64,000 bases of DNA, taken from an uncultured Armatimonadia bacterium. GTDB taxonomy: Bacteria > Armatimonadota > Zipacnadia > CAVVLO01. Position 1 is the first letter of the stretch. Every line of letters begins with the position of its first letter. Position numbers and translations under genes: made by a program. The notes below the pieces were generated by a model. The model saw nothing but the letters and a program-made list of their open reading frames with translations, was not told the origin of the DNA and did no database searches. The stretch spans positions 256,001 through 320,000 of the forward strand of contig CAVVLO010000003.1 in the NCBI GenBank assembly GCA_963749155.1, written 5' to 3'. This document shows positions 42,949 through 52,654 of the stretch, piece by piece.

Positions 42949-44320
42949 CGCTTTCCTCCGCTTCCAGCACTCCAGTTTTCAGCCAGGTAGCCAGGTCGTT
43001 TATCACTTCAATCGCCACGTGACTGGGTATTTTGTACTCGCTTGGGTTAGGAGCGCCCTCGCCAGTCATAAAAAGATGGTTGAGGCTCGGATACAGTTTG
43101 AAGGTGACGTTCTCGTGACCTTTTAGTGATACCTTCCAGTCTTCAAATTCAGGCACTGTCACCTGATAATCGCGTCCGCCCTGCAGCACCAGCAGTGGTT
43201 TTGTGATGGCCTTCACCGCCTCGGCAGGTACATAGCCGCGCAGGTCCAGCCAGTATGCAGCATGCGCCCCGCCCAGGTTCTCTGGATCATCCGGCGAGAG
43301 GTCTGGCGACTTTACCTTCGCGGCCAGCGCCTTCAGCTCGTCGATCGCCGCCTGCTCAGCCTCATCAATCGTCCCATCCAGGCCCAGGATGTATTCAGTC
43401 TGTTCTACCATCGCCTCTTCGAGCGGCCGGTTCGGCGCCGAGAGCGCAATATAGGCCTTCACCTCGGGCGTTACCGCGGCGATGCGCGGCATCAGCAGCG
43501 CGCCCAGGCTGTGACCCAGCACGAACACCTGCTGTGGATCGACCTCCGGCCGCGATTTTATCAGCGCCACCGCCGCCACGACGTCGTCGATGGTCTCTTC
43601 TTTCACTGTCAGAGTATGGCCGGCTTCCCCTGCAAGCTGGCTGTTATATGCCTTGGTGCGCTTCTCATACCGCAGCACCGCGATGCCCTGGCTTGCCAGC
43701 CCCCAGGCGATGTCTTTGAAGACCTTCTGCGGCCCGATGGACTCGTCCCGGTCGTTCGGGCCTGACCCGTGTACCAGCACCACAGCGGGGAACGGTCCCT
43801 CGCCTGCGGGTATCGTCAGCGTCCCGGGCAGCTTCCACTCGCCCTGCCCAACGGTTACGCCCTCTTCGGTGAATTTGCTCTCATCGGCGTAAGTGGGCGG
43901 CTCCCAGGGCGCGTTGGGCTTCCCAGGCTCGATGAAGAACCCCGCCACCTTGTTCTCCTTGTCGAAAACGAACTTCAGACCCGCCGTCTGGTCGGCGAAT
44001 TCGCATACCGCGATGACGATGAGATACTGCTGATAGGGCGCCGTGCCGTATTCGGCGATGCGCTGCAGCGCGCCGTACTGTGCCTCGATGGCCTCCCAGG
44101 TCTCTTTCAGCTTCTCGGCCGGCATCAGTGAGGCGACGGTCGGATCGAAGTGCGCAACCACTCCCTCATAGTCCCCTGCCTGAAGCAGCCCAATAAGCTG
44201 CTCTGCGAGCGCGACCTGAGGCGACTCGGCCGCGGTAGTTGGCACAAGCTCGGGCTCCTGCGCGCAGCCAGCCGTCATAAGCAAACCCGAGAGCAGCATT
44301 ATCAGGAAAGCGTTTTTCAC
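42941..44320 (-). CDS. Lipoprotein: DUF3887 domain + alpha/beta hydrolase (paralog A)
   Basis: Lipobox TAGC; LPGTLTIP, VHGSGPNDRD, GHSLG, QGGRDYQV, YPSLNHLF. GTG start inferred. Confidence 0.88.
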   Translation of the reverse strand: MKNAFLIMLLSGLLMTAGCAQEPELVPTTAAESPQVALAEQLIGLLQAGDYEGVVAHFDPTVASLMPAEKLKETWEAIEAQYGALQRIAEYGTAPYQQYLIVIAVCEFADQTAGLKFVFDKENKVAGFFIEPGKPNAPWEPPTYADESKFTEEGVTVGQGEWKLPGTLTIPAGEGPFPAVVLVHGSGPNDRDESIGPQKVFKDIAWGLASQGIAVLRYEKRTKAYNSQLAGEAGHTLTVKEETIDDVVAAVALIKSRPEVDPQQVFVLGHSLGALLMPRIAAVTPEVKAYIALSAPNRPLEEAMVEQTEYILGLDGTIDEAEQAAIDELKALAAKVKSPDLSPDDPENLGGAHAAYWLDLRGYVPAEAVKAITKPLLVLQGGRDYQVTVPEFEDWKVSLKGHENVTFKLYPSLNHLFMTGEGAPNPSEYKIPSHVAIEVINDLATWLKTGVLEAEESGG

Positions 44321-44360
44321 AGTTGATATTCCCCCTTCAGACAACCTCTTGGGAGTCTCT

Positions 44361-44386
44361 TTCCCCGCAGACTGGGCTGCTCCTGC
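44361..44386 (-). promoter_or_regulatory. GCAGGA-N17-GAA promoter-like motif
   Basis: Exact motif about 40 nt upstream of GTG 44320. Confidence 0.5.
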
Positions 44387-44520
44387 AGGAAACGTTTTTC
44401 TTAAGTCCGCCGAAGAGCAATCAAGCCAACCCCTATTATTGACAATCCCGATGGATAGACGGATTCAACGAAGAGGTTTGGACTCCAGAGCCTTCTCTTC
44501 GGGTAAACTTTTGCAACATT

Positions 44521-44555
44521 TGTTATAATTCTTGGTAACAATGCCCCCCCCCCCC
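44521..44555 (+). promoter_or_regulatory. Extended -10 element (TGnTATAAT) followed by a C12 homopolymer
   Basis: TGTTATAAT at 44521-44529; C12 at 44544-44555. Confidence 0.5.
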
Positions 44556-44632
44556 GCAAAGTATGATATGGTTAAAGTGGTGACTCCGGAGTCGGATGCC
44601 TCACATCCTTGCCCCACCAGGAGACGAGAGCT

Positions 44633-44782
44633 ATGCGATGCACAAAAGCCCCACCGCACCGACTCACCCCGCTCTTGCTCGTGTTCGTGCTGCTCTGCCT
44701 CACCGCCATCCTGGACGCCTTCCTCTTCGACAACCGCCTTCGCCACTCTCAGCGCGCCCGCACCTGTTCAGGAGGCTGTTAG
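44633..44782 (+). CDS. Small 49-aa single-TM protein (below the ORF-track cutoff)
   Basis: AGGAG about 10 nt upstream; MRCTKAPPHRLTPLLLVFVLLCLTAILDAFLFDNRLRHSQRARTCSGGC*; stop 3 nt before the next ATG. Confidence 0.5.
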   Translation: MRCTKAPPHRLTPLLLVFVLLCLTAILDAFLFDNRLRHSQRARTCSGGC

Positions 44783-44785
44783 CCT

Positions 44786-45899
44786 ATGAGACTCCGAATC
44801 GTGGCCTATGTCTTTTTCTTCGCCTTGTTAGCTGTTGGTCTGATGGTCGTACTGGCTTGGGCCGCCCAGCTCTCACTAAGGGGTACTGTCGACTACCAAT
44901 ACCTCACCCCGCCGGGGCGCAACGAGGCAGCGGTGCTCCCCGATGCGCCGAAGGACGGCAGGCTCGCTCTCCCAGGCCCGACCGCGTGCCAGTTCGCGAC
45001 TTATACGTCTTCGCATCAGTGGTGGCTAGACACGCTCTTGGGAGGCGGCGCCCCTCTGCTCGCAGCCCGGCCTGCCGTTCAGCCGTTGCGCTGCACAGCC
45101 TCCTATACGCGCGTCGGCCACTGTGGCTCGGAGTTCGCCGAGACCGAGGCCGGCCAACTGAGCTACGTCGTATTCCGCACCGACACCCGTGCCTCGCTCA
45201 CGCGGGTCGACATCGCCGACATCACGGCCACAGGCGTGGTGCGCACCGATCCGAAGCGCCATGGCGAGGCGGAGATCGACCTCGAAGCTATCGTCTGGGA
45301 CTTCGCGAAGGAGCCCTGGCCCCTACGCGCTGGGATCCTTCCTGCGCCCCTCGAACGCGCGCCGGCTGGCGCTGATCAGCAACGACGACGCGAGCCCTAA
45401 CGGCTTCCACTGGCGATCGGCCGAAGGGCGAGCCCCTCTCCTGCTGCACGATCATACATGGCAGGCTTCGGGTAGCCCCAAGCGCTGGGACGGCGCGCCT
45501 TACCAGTTGCTGCCGAACCAGCTCTACGCCGTCGGTGTGCTGCTTCACACGCGAGTCTCCTCGCTTCCGGTCCCGAGCCGATCTCGTCGCCGACTTCTCA
45601 GGCTCCTCGGAGGCAAGCCTGGCGGCGTGAGCGTCGGCGAGATAACCGATCCAATACGGGCCGCCGAGTTCTCCATCGCCCTACGAGTGAGCCGCACACC
45701 TCTCAGCCATTTGTTTGTCCGGTTTCGACAAACAAACGAGCCCGCTTGCCCTCAAGGGCAGCGAGCTCGCTTGGTAGATTCCAGGACAGTGGACCTTATT
45801 TACCCCGAGACCCGCCGGGGCGTCCCTGCCCTCCTGGCTTTGACGGCCGCGAAGAGGTCCGACCAGGGCCAGGACGACTCCCGCCCGGCCTTGCGCTAG
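44786..45899 (+). CDS. Hypothetical membrane-anchored protein; probable frameshift near 45330, 3' end uncertain
   Basis: GGAGG RBS and N-terminal TM helix (ORF 44786-45400); ORF 45189-45899 plausibly continues it. Confidence 0.45.
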
Positions 45900-46368
45900 G
45901 CCTGAAAGCAGGCTTGCGTGGAGCCGGAGCGGCATCGCCTTCGCGTGGCTCCCATTTGCGCGCAGGCCGCTCATCGGAGCGCGGAGCAGGCCTGTCATCG
46001 GACCTGCCGCCTTCTGAACGCCGCTCAAACGGCCTCGAGGGCCGGTCTCCCGACCTGCCGCCTTCGGTGCGCCGCTCATACGGGCGAGAGGGGCGGTCTG
46101 GCCTGCCAGCGGGCCGTCCGGCTGGCCTTGCGGGCCTGCTGCTCGGGCTGAAAGTCCTGCCCTCGGTTGGTGCAGACTGCTGCTGACCGCGTTCGGAGAG
46201 CAACTGCCCACCGATGGCGATGCTTTCGGCTGCGGCCTCGTGGATTACTACCGTGATGGCTTCCCTAGGATAACCCAGCGCCGTGTGCACGGCCTCGGTG
46301 AGTTTTTCTGCCAGAACGCGTTTGGCATCGGTACCAAGCCCGGTGCCTTCGTAGACAATAATGGGCAT
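45796..46368 (-). CDS. 4-oxalocrotonate tautomerase (DmpI-like) domain fused to a ~130-aa Arg/Gly/Pro/Ser-rich disordered tail
   Basis: AGGAGG RBS; Pro-1 start MPIIVYEG...ITVVIHE...IAIGGQLLSER; tail with a 17-aa tandem repeat. Confidence 0.8.
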   Translation of the reverse strand: MPIIVYEGTGLGTDAKRVLAEKLTEAVHTALGYPREAITVVIHEAAAESIAIGGQLLSERGQQQSAPTEGRTFSPSSRPARPAGRPAGRPDRPSRPYERRTEGGRSGDRPSRPFERRSEGGRSDDRPAPRSDERPARKWEPREGDAAPAPRKPAFRPSARPGGSRPGPGRTSSRPSKPGGQGRPGGSRGK

Positions 46369-46439
46369 ACAAGCCCCTCCTGATGTAACTTAGTGGAGAG
46401 AGTATACTCTCTTTTCTCCTCCAGCAGCAGGGGGCTGTG

Positions 46440-47783
46440 TTATTCCTCAAGTGCAGGCAGTTCGCCAATCCAGTTGGCGATGTCGGCGATGACCTCCTCG
46501 GGGATATTGCCGGGAATATCATACTCCTCGAGGCTCGAAGGACCCTCTCCAGGCAGGAAGAGATGATTGAGCGAGGGATAAAGCCTGGCCGCAAAGCCCT
46601 TGCTCTCCTCCAAAGCGGCTTTCCAGCGGTTGAATTCTTCTTGACTGACCTGCCAGTCGCGCTCGCCCTGCAGCACAAGCACCGGCCGGTTCAGAGCCTT
46701 GGCCTCCTCGGCTGGCTGGTAGCCGCGCAGGTCCAGCCAGTAGGGGGCATAGTTAGAAAATAGTGGTTGCCTGGCATCTGGCTTCAATTCTGGAGATTTT
46801 ATCTCGGCCACAATATCTGCGATGGCTGCCAAAGACTGCTTTTCAGCCTCATCCACTGTCCCATCCAGCTCGGTCAGATACTTGTTCTGCGCCGTTATGG
46901 CGTCCTCGAGTGGCCTGTCGACCCCCGCCATCACAATAAAACCGCGGATGGCGCCATCCTGGAGGCCAATCCGGGGCACGAGCATCCCACCCAGGCTGTG
47001 ACCCAAAACAAAAAGCCGCCTGGCGTCCAGCTCAGGACGGGTCCTGAGCAGCGCGACCGCGAGCAAGGCATCGTCAACGGTCTCTTCCTTCACCGTCAGA
47101 GTGCGCTCGACATCGCCAATTATCCGTCCCGCGCAGCAATAGGTGCGTTTGTCGTAGCGCAGCACGGCTATCCCGCGACAGGCAAGCCCCCAGGCGAGAT
47201 CTTTGAAGGGCTTGTTCGGGCCGATGGTCTCGTCCCTGTCATGCGCGCCTGAGCCATGCACCAGCACCACCGCAGGGAAAGGCCCCTCTCCCACCGGAAG
47301 CGTCAGCGTGCCTGGGAGTTGCCACTTCCCACTGCCGACGACTACTTCCTCTTCGCGGAATTTGCTCTCGTCCACATAGGCAGGCGTTTCCCAGGGCAGG
47401 GGCTCCTCCCCAGGTTGGAGCATAAGGCCGGCGACCTTCTCGTCGCTGGTGAAGAAGAAGCTGATGCGTACCATGGAGCGCTCAAAGAGGCTCTCAAAAC
47501 GCACTCCGGTTATTCCATCCTGCTGGGCCGTGGTTACTTCGCCTTTTTCTTGAAGCGGCCCGAAATCAGTCTCCAGGCCAATCCAGAGCGCCGTCAATCC
47601 ATCCACAGGCAGAAACTCTGCCATCTGCGCATCAAAATGGCTGGTCACCCCAGCGAAGTCATGCGCCACCAGCAGGTCAACGAGCTGCCCCGCAAGCTCA
47701 ACCGGCTCCGAGAAGGCGACCCCACAGAAAACGGCGCTAATAAGCACCAAAACAAACAAAAGACGCAAATTAGCCCACCTCAA
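46440..47783 (-). CDS. Secreted DUF3887 + alpha/beta hydrolase (paralog B)
   Basis: LPGTLTLP, VHGSGAHDRD, GHSLGG, QGERDWQV, YPSLNHLF. Confidence 0.88.
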   Translation of the reverse strand: MRWANLRLLFVLVLISAVFCGVAFSEPVELAGQLVDLLVAHDFAGVTSHFDAQMAEFLPVDGLTALWIGLETDFGPLQEKGEVTTAQQDGITGVRFESLFERSMVRISFFFTSDEKVAGLMLQPGEEPLPWETPAYVDESKFREEEVVVGSGKWQLPGTLTLPVGEGPFPAVVLVHGSGAHDRDETIGPNKPFKDLAWGLACRGIAVLRYDKRTYCCAGRIIGDVERTLTVKEETVDDALLAVALLRTRPELDARRLFVLGHSLGGMLVPRIGLQDGAIRGFIVMAGVDRPLEDAITAQNKYLTELDGTVDEAEKQSLAAIADIVAEIKSPELKPDARQPLFSNYAPYWLDLRGYQPAEEAKALNRPVLVLQGERDWQVSQEEFNRWKAALEESKGFAARLYPSLNHLFLPGEGPSSLEEYDIPGNIPEEVIADIANWIGELPALEE

Positions 47784-49192
47784 TTAGGGAAGCTCCCTGG
47801 CGGACGAGCTTTGGCAAAGAGAAGGGCCTCTAGCCGTTCTTCCCCGCCTGCTTCAGCGAAGGGTGAATAAAAGCTGACCGCGGGCAAGGGATTGCCGTCC
47901 GGTCCCTGGCCGAGTGAAATCGAATCACAAAGGCACCGATAACCTGGCAGCGCCAGATGCACGCGCCTGTTTCCTGCCGCGTTCGTCCAACTGCGTAGCT
48001 TGAAGTAGTACTCTTCCAGGAAGCGCTCGCGCTCCGCTTGAGGCTTGGCGGCATAACCCGTAATCTCATCGTAACCTGCCTCGCAGACTGCCGAAGGGCC
48101 GCTTGCCCTGCCATAATTGTCTATCTCCAGTAGTATCGGCAAATCATGCGGAAGCTTTAGCAGGTGCTCGATCTCCTCTCCCCCCTGCCTTCCGCCTTCG
48201 GCCTTGAAGGGCGGCCCCATCCGCAATTCGAAGGGTGCCTCGGGCGAGTAGGAAAGCCGCGTGGGCCAGGTCAGATGCGTAAAAAGCGGCTTGCCTTGCC
48301 AATCGCGGGAATCGTAGATGTGGCTTGTGAGCGTTACAGCCTTGCGATAAGCCCTGGCGGTCGCCCACTTGCGCGCAAATTCGCACAGTGTAGCCAGCGC
48401 CGCGTTGTCTTTGTCGCGCGCGCCGGTCAGCATCGTCTGGCCAAACATCACGCCCTCGAAGCCGGCGTCCAGATATTCGGCAAGGAGATAGGCGTAGTAG
48501 AGCTGCGTCTCCAGCATCGTGATGTCAGGGACGCTTTGTTCGTGCTCGCGGTCAGCATACCAAAGACCGACCAGGTGCCTGGGCCAGTCGGGCGCATCCC
48601 GGTCAAACATCCCCTCATAGGAAAAATAGCCTGCCCCGTTTGGTCCAAAGCGTCGCTCAGCCTGTATGCCGAACTCTTCCATCAAAGTGAGCAGCCAGGG
48701 GGGGATCTCGGTTGAGTCCACCTGCTGCCGGCCGATGGCCTCCATAATCCCGCACTCGAAGAGCACATCCGCGCCCCAATCGCTGCCGTGGACTTGATCC
48801 ACAGCCCTTCTCAGCACGCGCCAATCATAGATTGTATATACGCGCACCCAGCCCAGGTCGGCCCAGTGGTTGAACTTGGCCCCTGTTGCGCGCAGATACT
48901 CCAGTCCGCGTTCTCCCCACACCTCGGGCTCGCGCGAATTGCCGCTCATATGGACGACCGCGCGGTCGAGGTAAGCCTCGAGCAGCGATTTGGTAAGCTG
49001 CTCCTGCCCCATAAATTGCAGCGGCCCAGACAGGTCGGCTGGATGGAGCGCCTGACGAGTAAGCGGCTTAAGCTCAGGCTGTGCGATTATGGAATCCGCG
49101 ATACGCAGAATCACGGGCGTCTCCTTCGCCGAGGCAAAACAGGCCAGCGCCAATATGGCCAGCGTTGTCCAGAGAGCTGTTTTATATAACAT
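47780..49192 (-). CDS. Secreted hypothetical protein
   Basis: Signal peptide ending in ASA; 470-aa ORF in operon context. Confidence 0.65.
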   Translation of the reverse strand: MLYKTALWTTLAILALACFASAKETPVILRIADSIIAQPELKPLTRQALHPADLSGPLQFMGQEQLTKSLLEAYLDRAVVHMSGNSREPEVWGERGLEYLRATGAKFNHWADLGWVRVYTIYDWRVLRRAVDQVHGSDWGADVLFECGIMEAIGRQQVDSTEIPPWLLTLMEEFGIQAERRFGPNGAGYFSYEGMFDRDAPDWPRHLVGLWYADREHEQSVPDITMLETQLYYAYLLAEYLDAGFEGVMFGQTMLTGARDKDNAALATLCEFARKWATARAYRKAVTLTSHIYDSRDWQGKPLFTHLTWPTRLSYSPEAPFELRMGPPFKAEGGRQGGEEIEHLLKLPHDLPILLEIDNYGRASGPSAVCEAGYDEITGYAAKPQAERERFLEEYYFKLRSWTNAAGNRRVHLALPGYRCLCDSISLGQGPDGNPLPAVSFYSPFAEAGGEERLEALLFAKARPPGSFPN

Positions 49193-49194
49193 AC

Positions 49195-49392
49195 TTAGTC
49201 CTTCTTGGGCTGCCTGTCACAGAGCAACTCTCCGCCCACGCCAATGCAGTCGGCGGTGTTCTCATGCATTATGACCACGAACGCAGGCGCGGGAATGCCC
49301 ATATTGCGGCTTGCCACTTCGGTAAGCTCCGCAACCAGCTTGCGTTTGGCCTCCTGCTCCATTTTTCCACCTTCAATAGTGATTATCGGCAT
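49195..49392 (-). CDS. 4-oxalocrotonate tautomerase family protein (DmpI-like)
   Basis: MPIITIEGGKMEQEAKRKLVAELTE...VVIMHEN...IGVGGELL; 65 aa with Pro-1. Confidence 0.9.
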   Translation of the reverse strand: MPIITIEGGKMEQEAKRKLVAELTEVASRNMGIPAPAFVVIMHENTADCIGVGGELLCDRQPKKD

Positions 49393-49407
49393 GTTGGCTC
49401 TTCTCCC

Positions 49408-50865
49408 TTACGCTAAAATCGCACTGAATCGGTCGGCCGAAGCTTCGGCGCGTTCGTCCACCGACCTTGGCACCTTATCATATATATAGAGCGCTTTCTG
49501 CCAGTATTCATTGCGTATGCGCGCTCTGTCGGGCTCGGGCCCCGCCAGCTCAAGAAACTTCCGTGCGAACCACAGCAAGTCCTGCCGGTATCTCTCGGCA
49601 TCTGGGAAGAGCGGCAGTTCGCAGCCTGAAACATCGGCCGCCTCCAGGCGCTCAACCAGTTCTCCATACGCTGCCTGCAGGGCAGGTTTGTCCCACTGTC
49701 TTCTTGGATAATGGCCCCATCCCTGCACGACCTCGAAGGCCTCGAAAAGTTCGCCAATCCGCTCATTTTCGGCACCGAAAACTTTGCCGCAGAACTCTCG
49801 CGACACCTGGTCGGGATCGGTCAGGGGCTCGTTGAACAACCTTCCTGACGCATACAAGGTCAGCAGATTGAGTTTCGGCGTCATCGTGTAGTTCATACCG
49901 CCGCTATATGGCGCTGCCGCAAGCTCCTCGCGCCTGCGCGCCGCAATCCGGGGCAGTCGCCAGTGGGGATAGCAAATCAATTCGCCCTCCGAGAGGGAAT
50001 AATCCCAGGTGGTAATCGGCCTCAGCTTTGCCACTTCTCTTGCCCAACCCCGGGCGTCGCCCCCCATCGTGGCATGACAATCAGGATCGAAGCCCAGATT
50101 GATGGCTACCTGGGTATCCTCCGGGAACTCCGGAAGTCGCTTCAAAAGGTACTCCATCGCAGTATTCGCGCGGTCGGGCTTGCCATTCCAGATATGCGCG
50201 GGGGTCTCTGGAGTCGAATACTTCGGGTCAATCAGCATCTCCCAACTGCCATCCCAGCCAGGAATATGCACCAGGTCGTCGCCCCAGCCACTGAAGGGAG
50301 TGCCCCAGGTGCCGACCTCAATTGCCGAAGAGGGGTTGAGTCGCTTTATGAGTGCTGACAAATCAAGAGCCAGGTCTACGAAGGTGCCAGCGTCACAGCC
50401 GTTGCGGTTGCAGCCGCCTGGGTCACCGGGGAAGATGCCGATGAGGTCTGTCCCCTCCAGTTCTCGTAGCCAATGGCTCCAGAGGGCGAAGATGGCCTCT
50501 CGGTCCTCTTTCACCTTGGGGCAGGGGAAATACCATTCCGCCCCCATCACGCCAGGGCTTGCGATGAGCTTGGTCTTCAGACCGACTTCATGCGCCAGCT
50601 CGTTCACCAGCCGCATACGCTCGGTCATCGCGCCCCAGACGCCCTCGCCCGAGAGCGCCCGCTTGTCGAAGAAGGTTGGCGCCAGCCAGTATTCGAAATG
50701 GGAATAGCCAAAAGCCGCAAGCTCCCTTAAAAAAGCGCGCCAGTCTTCCTTACTCCATTGGCAGGGCCCCTCTGGGAAGAGCACATTGGCGTTCCAGTGG
50801 TTGAGCAGATGCTCGGCAAAGTTGACATAACACGCTCGATGGCTGAAAACAGGCTCAGAGGCCAT
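49408..50865 (-). CDS. Hypothetical protein, possible TIM-barrel glycoside hydrolase
   Basis: WSKEDWRAFLRELAAFGYSHFEYW, FPGDPGGC; GGAGG RBS before ATG 50865. Confidence 0.6.
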   Translation of the reverse strand: MASEPVFSHRACYVNFAEHLLNHWNANVLFPEGPCQWSKEDWRAFLRELAAFGYSHFEYWLAPTFFDKRALSGEGVWGAMTERMRLVNELAHEVGLKTKLIASPGVMGAEWYFPCPKVKEDREAIFALWSHWLRELEGTDLIGIFPGDPGGCNRNGCDAGTFVDLALDLSALIKRLNPSSAIEVGTWGTPFSGWGDDLVHIPGWDGSWEMLIDPKYSTPETPAHIWNGKPDRANTAMEYLLKRLPEFPEDTQVAINLGFDPDCHATMGGDARGWAREVAKLRPITTWDYSLSEGELICYPHWRLPRIAARRREELAAAPYSGGMNYTMTPKLNLLTLYASGRLFNEPLTDPDQVSREFCGKVFGAENERIGELFEAFEVVQGWGHYPRRQWDKPALQAAYGELVERLEAADVSGCELPLFPDAERYRQDLLWFARKFLELAGPEPDRARIRNEYWQKALYIYDKVPRSVDERAEASADRFSAILA

Positions 50866-51039
50866 CTCCATCCCTCCCAAACTCGTCTGCCAGTATTGCA
50901 CTCGCTGCCGGATAATCCTGCGAAAGAAACGCAGAACCTAATGTTTTGGCGCTATTTGTTGGTCCTTTGGTCCAAAAACGAAACTTCTGCGCACATTTTT
51001 CGTCTGACAGGTAAGGGGGGATGCAAGGAGGTATACCAA

Positions 51040-51132
51040 ATGACACTCAGCGCGCGGATAGGACCAACGCTTTCTTACAGCGCCATCTTCATCGGCTTCA
51101 CGTTAATCTTCTACGGGCTCACCCGTATCTAG
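51040..51132 (+). CDS. Small 30-aa hydrophobic peptide
   Basis: AAGGAGGT RBS 7 nt upstream; MTLSARIGPTLSYSAIFIGFTLIFYGLTRI*. Confidence 0.5.
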   Translation: MTLSARIGPTLSYSAIFIGFTLIFYGLTRI

Positions 51133-51191
51133 TATGGGCTCACCCATCTGAGGCATTATGCTGGACTACTCGACTGCCAGTTATTTTTTAA

Positions 51192-52452
51192 CTAGCGAGG
51201 CGCGATAAGCAAGCTGGTCGCTGCAAGTGCGAGCAGCGCGCCTAGCGAAAGGACACCCAGCTTGCGTCCACCGAAACTCCACGCATAGATACCTTTCATC
51301 AGGTTGTTGCTGCCAGTCGCAATCAATATCGCCAGCACTGCTACTCCATAAGTTGTGGACAAGCCAGCAGTTTGGGTCAGGGACAAAATAAAGGCATCAA
51401 CATCTGTCACGCCCGTGATTGCCGCCAGGCCGTAGACACCGCTATCGCCTATATAGCGCTCGGCTAGCTCGGGTTGCCACCTGGATTGCCGCGAACATCG
51501 CCGCAAACAGAAAGGCGGTCTGTAACTCAAGCGGGTTGCCTGTGACAGGTTGCTGTTCTACCCCGGTCTGTTCCTGAGGTTTCTCGACGACCTTCGCCAC
51601 GACAAGAGCGCCCAGGGCGCCCGCCAGGCCAAGGCTGACGAGCCGCGCGCCAAGTATCCCGCCAAGTTCTGGATTAAAAAGCCACAGCAACACCGCGATG
51701 CGGATATACATCACACTGCTTGCCAGGATTACCCCACCAGCATGCAGCCACGTTTGGCCTGTGGCGCTGGCGCGTTTGGCCAGGGCGATAGTGGTCGCAG
51801 TGCTGGAATACGTGCCTCCAATTGCCGCGGTCACAAGCACCGAGTGGCTCTGCTTCAGCACGCGCTGCAGCAACCAGCTCGCGTAGGAGATGCCACTCAC
51901 GGCCACCACGATAAGCCAGGTCTTGAAGGGGTTGAGTTCGAAATCGGTATAGCCCTGGTTGGGCAGCACAGGCAGGATGACTACAGCCAAAATCAGGAAC
52001 TGCGCGAAGGTGGCCAGTTCTCCGTGGGGCATCCGCTCGGAGAACTTCCAGAGCGGCGCCTTGGATTGCAGCAACAAAACGGTAGACACGGCTGCGGCGA
52101 CGGCTATCCACAGATGGTCACGAGCAATCAACAGGCCGACGAGATAGGCGATCAGGGCGGCGACTTCGGTCGTAATGCCTGCTTCTTTCAAGGTGAGCTT
52201 GTGGAAGAAGCTGACGGCCATCAATCCGCCTAGCGCGAGAAGACCGACCGCGGGGAGCCAACTGTCAGTGCAAACCTGCGCAAGCCCGTAGCCAAACAGG
52301 CCAAGCAGAGGAAAAGTGCGCACTCCGCCGACGAAATAGCCTTTGTCGGTGGTGCTCTTCTCCTGTCGCTCGATACCCATAAGCAGCGTAAGACCTATCG
52401 CCACAACGACCTCGAAGAGGTCACTTAGGGCGGGATCCCAATTGCCTGGCAA
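51192..52452 (-). CDS. MgtC/SapB family membrane protein with DUF4010; frameshift near 51465
   Basis: LMGIERQ, GGVRTFPL, GITTEVA, ILPVLPN, NPFKTWLIVVAVSGISY, GGTYSSTATT, GVTDVDAFILS. TTG start inferred. Confidence 0.88.
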
Positions 52453-52548
52453 ATCTGTCACCTCTTTAGCCGCTTCCCTTGAATTATACCCTGTGTCGCT
52501 CTCAAAGGAGTTATCGGCATCCCTTCCAGAATACTTTAGGAGGCAGAC

Positions 52549-52581
52549 AGAAGCCCCGAAGCGCGAAGCTCCGGGGCTTTT
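52549..52581. terminator. GC-rich hairpin, probable terminator downstream of 52655-53551
   Basis: agaagccccg-aagcgcgaagctc-cggggctttt. Confidence 0.5.
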
Positions 52582-52610
52582 GGTAAGGAATCGATGGTGC
52601 ACATAAGAAA

Positions 52611-52641
52611 ATCGATGGTGCAGGGGTTCTACCCCCACGCC
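52611..52641. repeat. Family A REP-like copy
   Basis: cgatggtgcaggggttctacccc, shared with 18257-18279. Confidence 0.65.
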
Positions 52642-52654
52642 TTTTATCGTTTTA

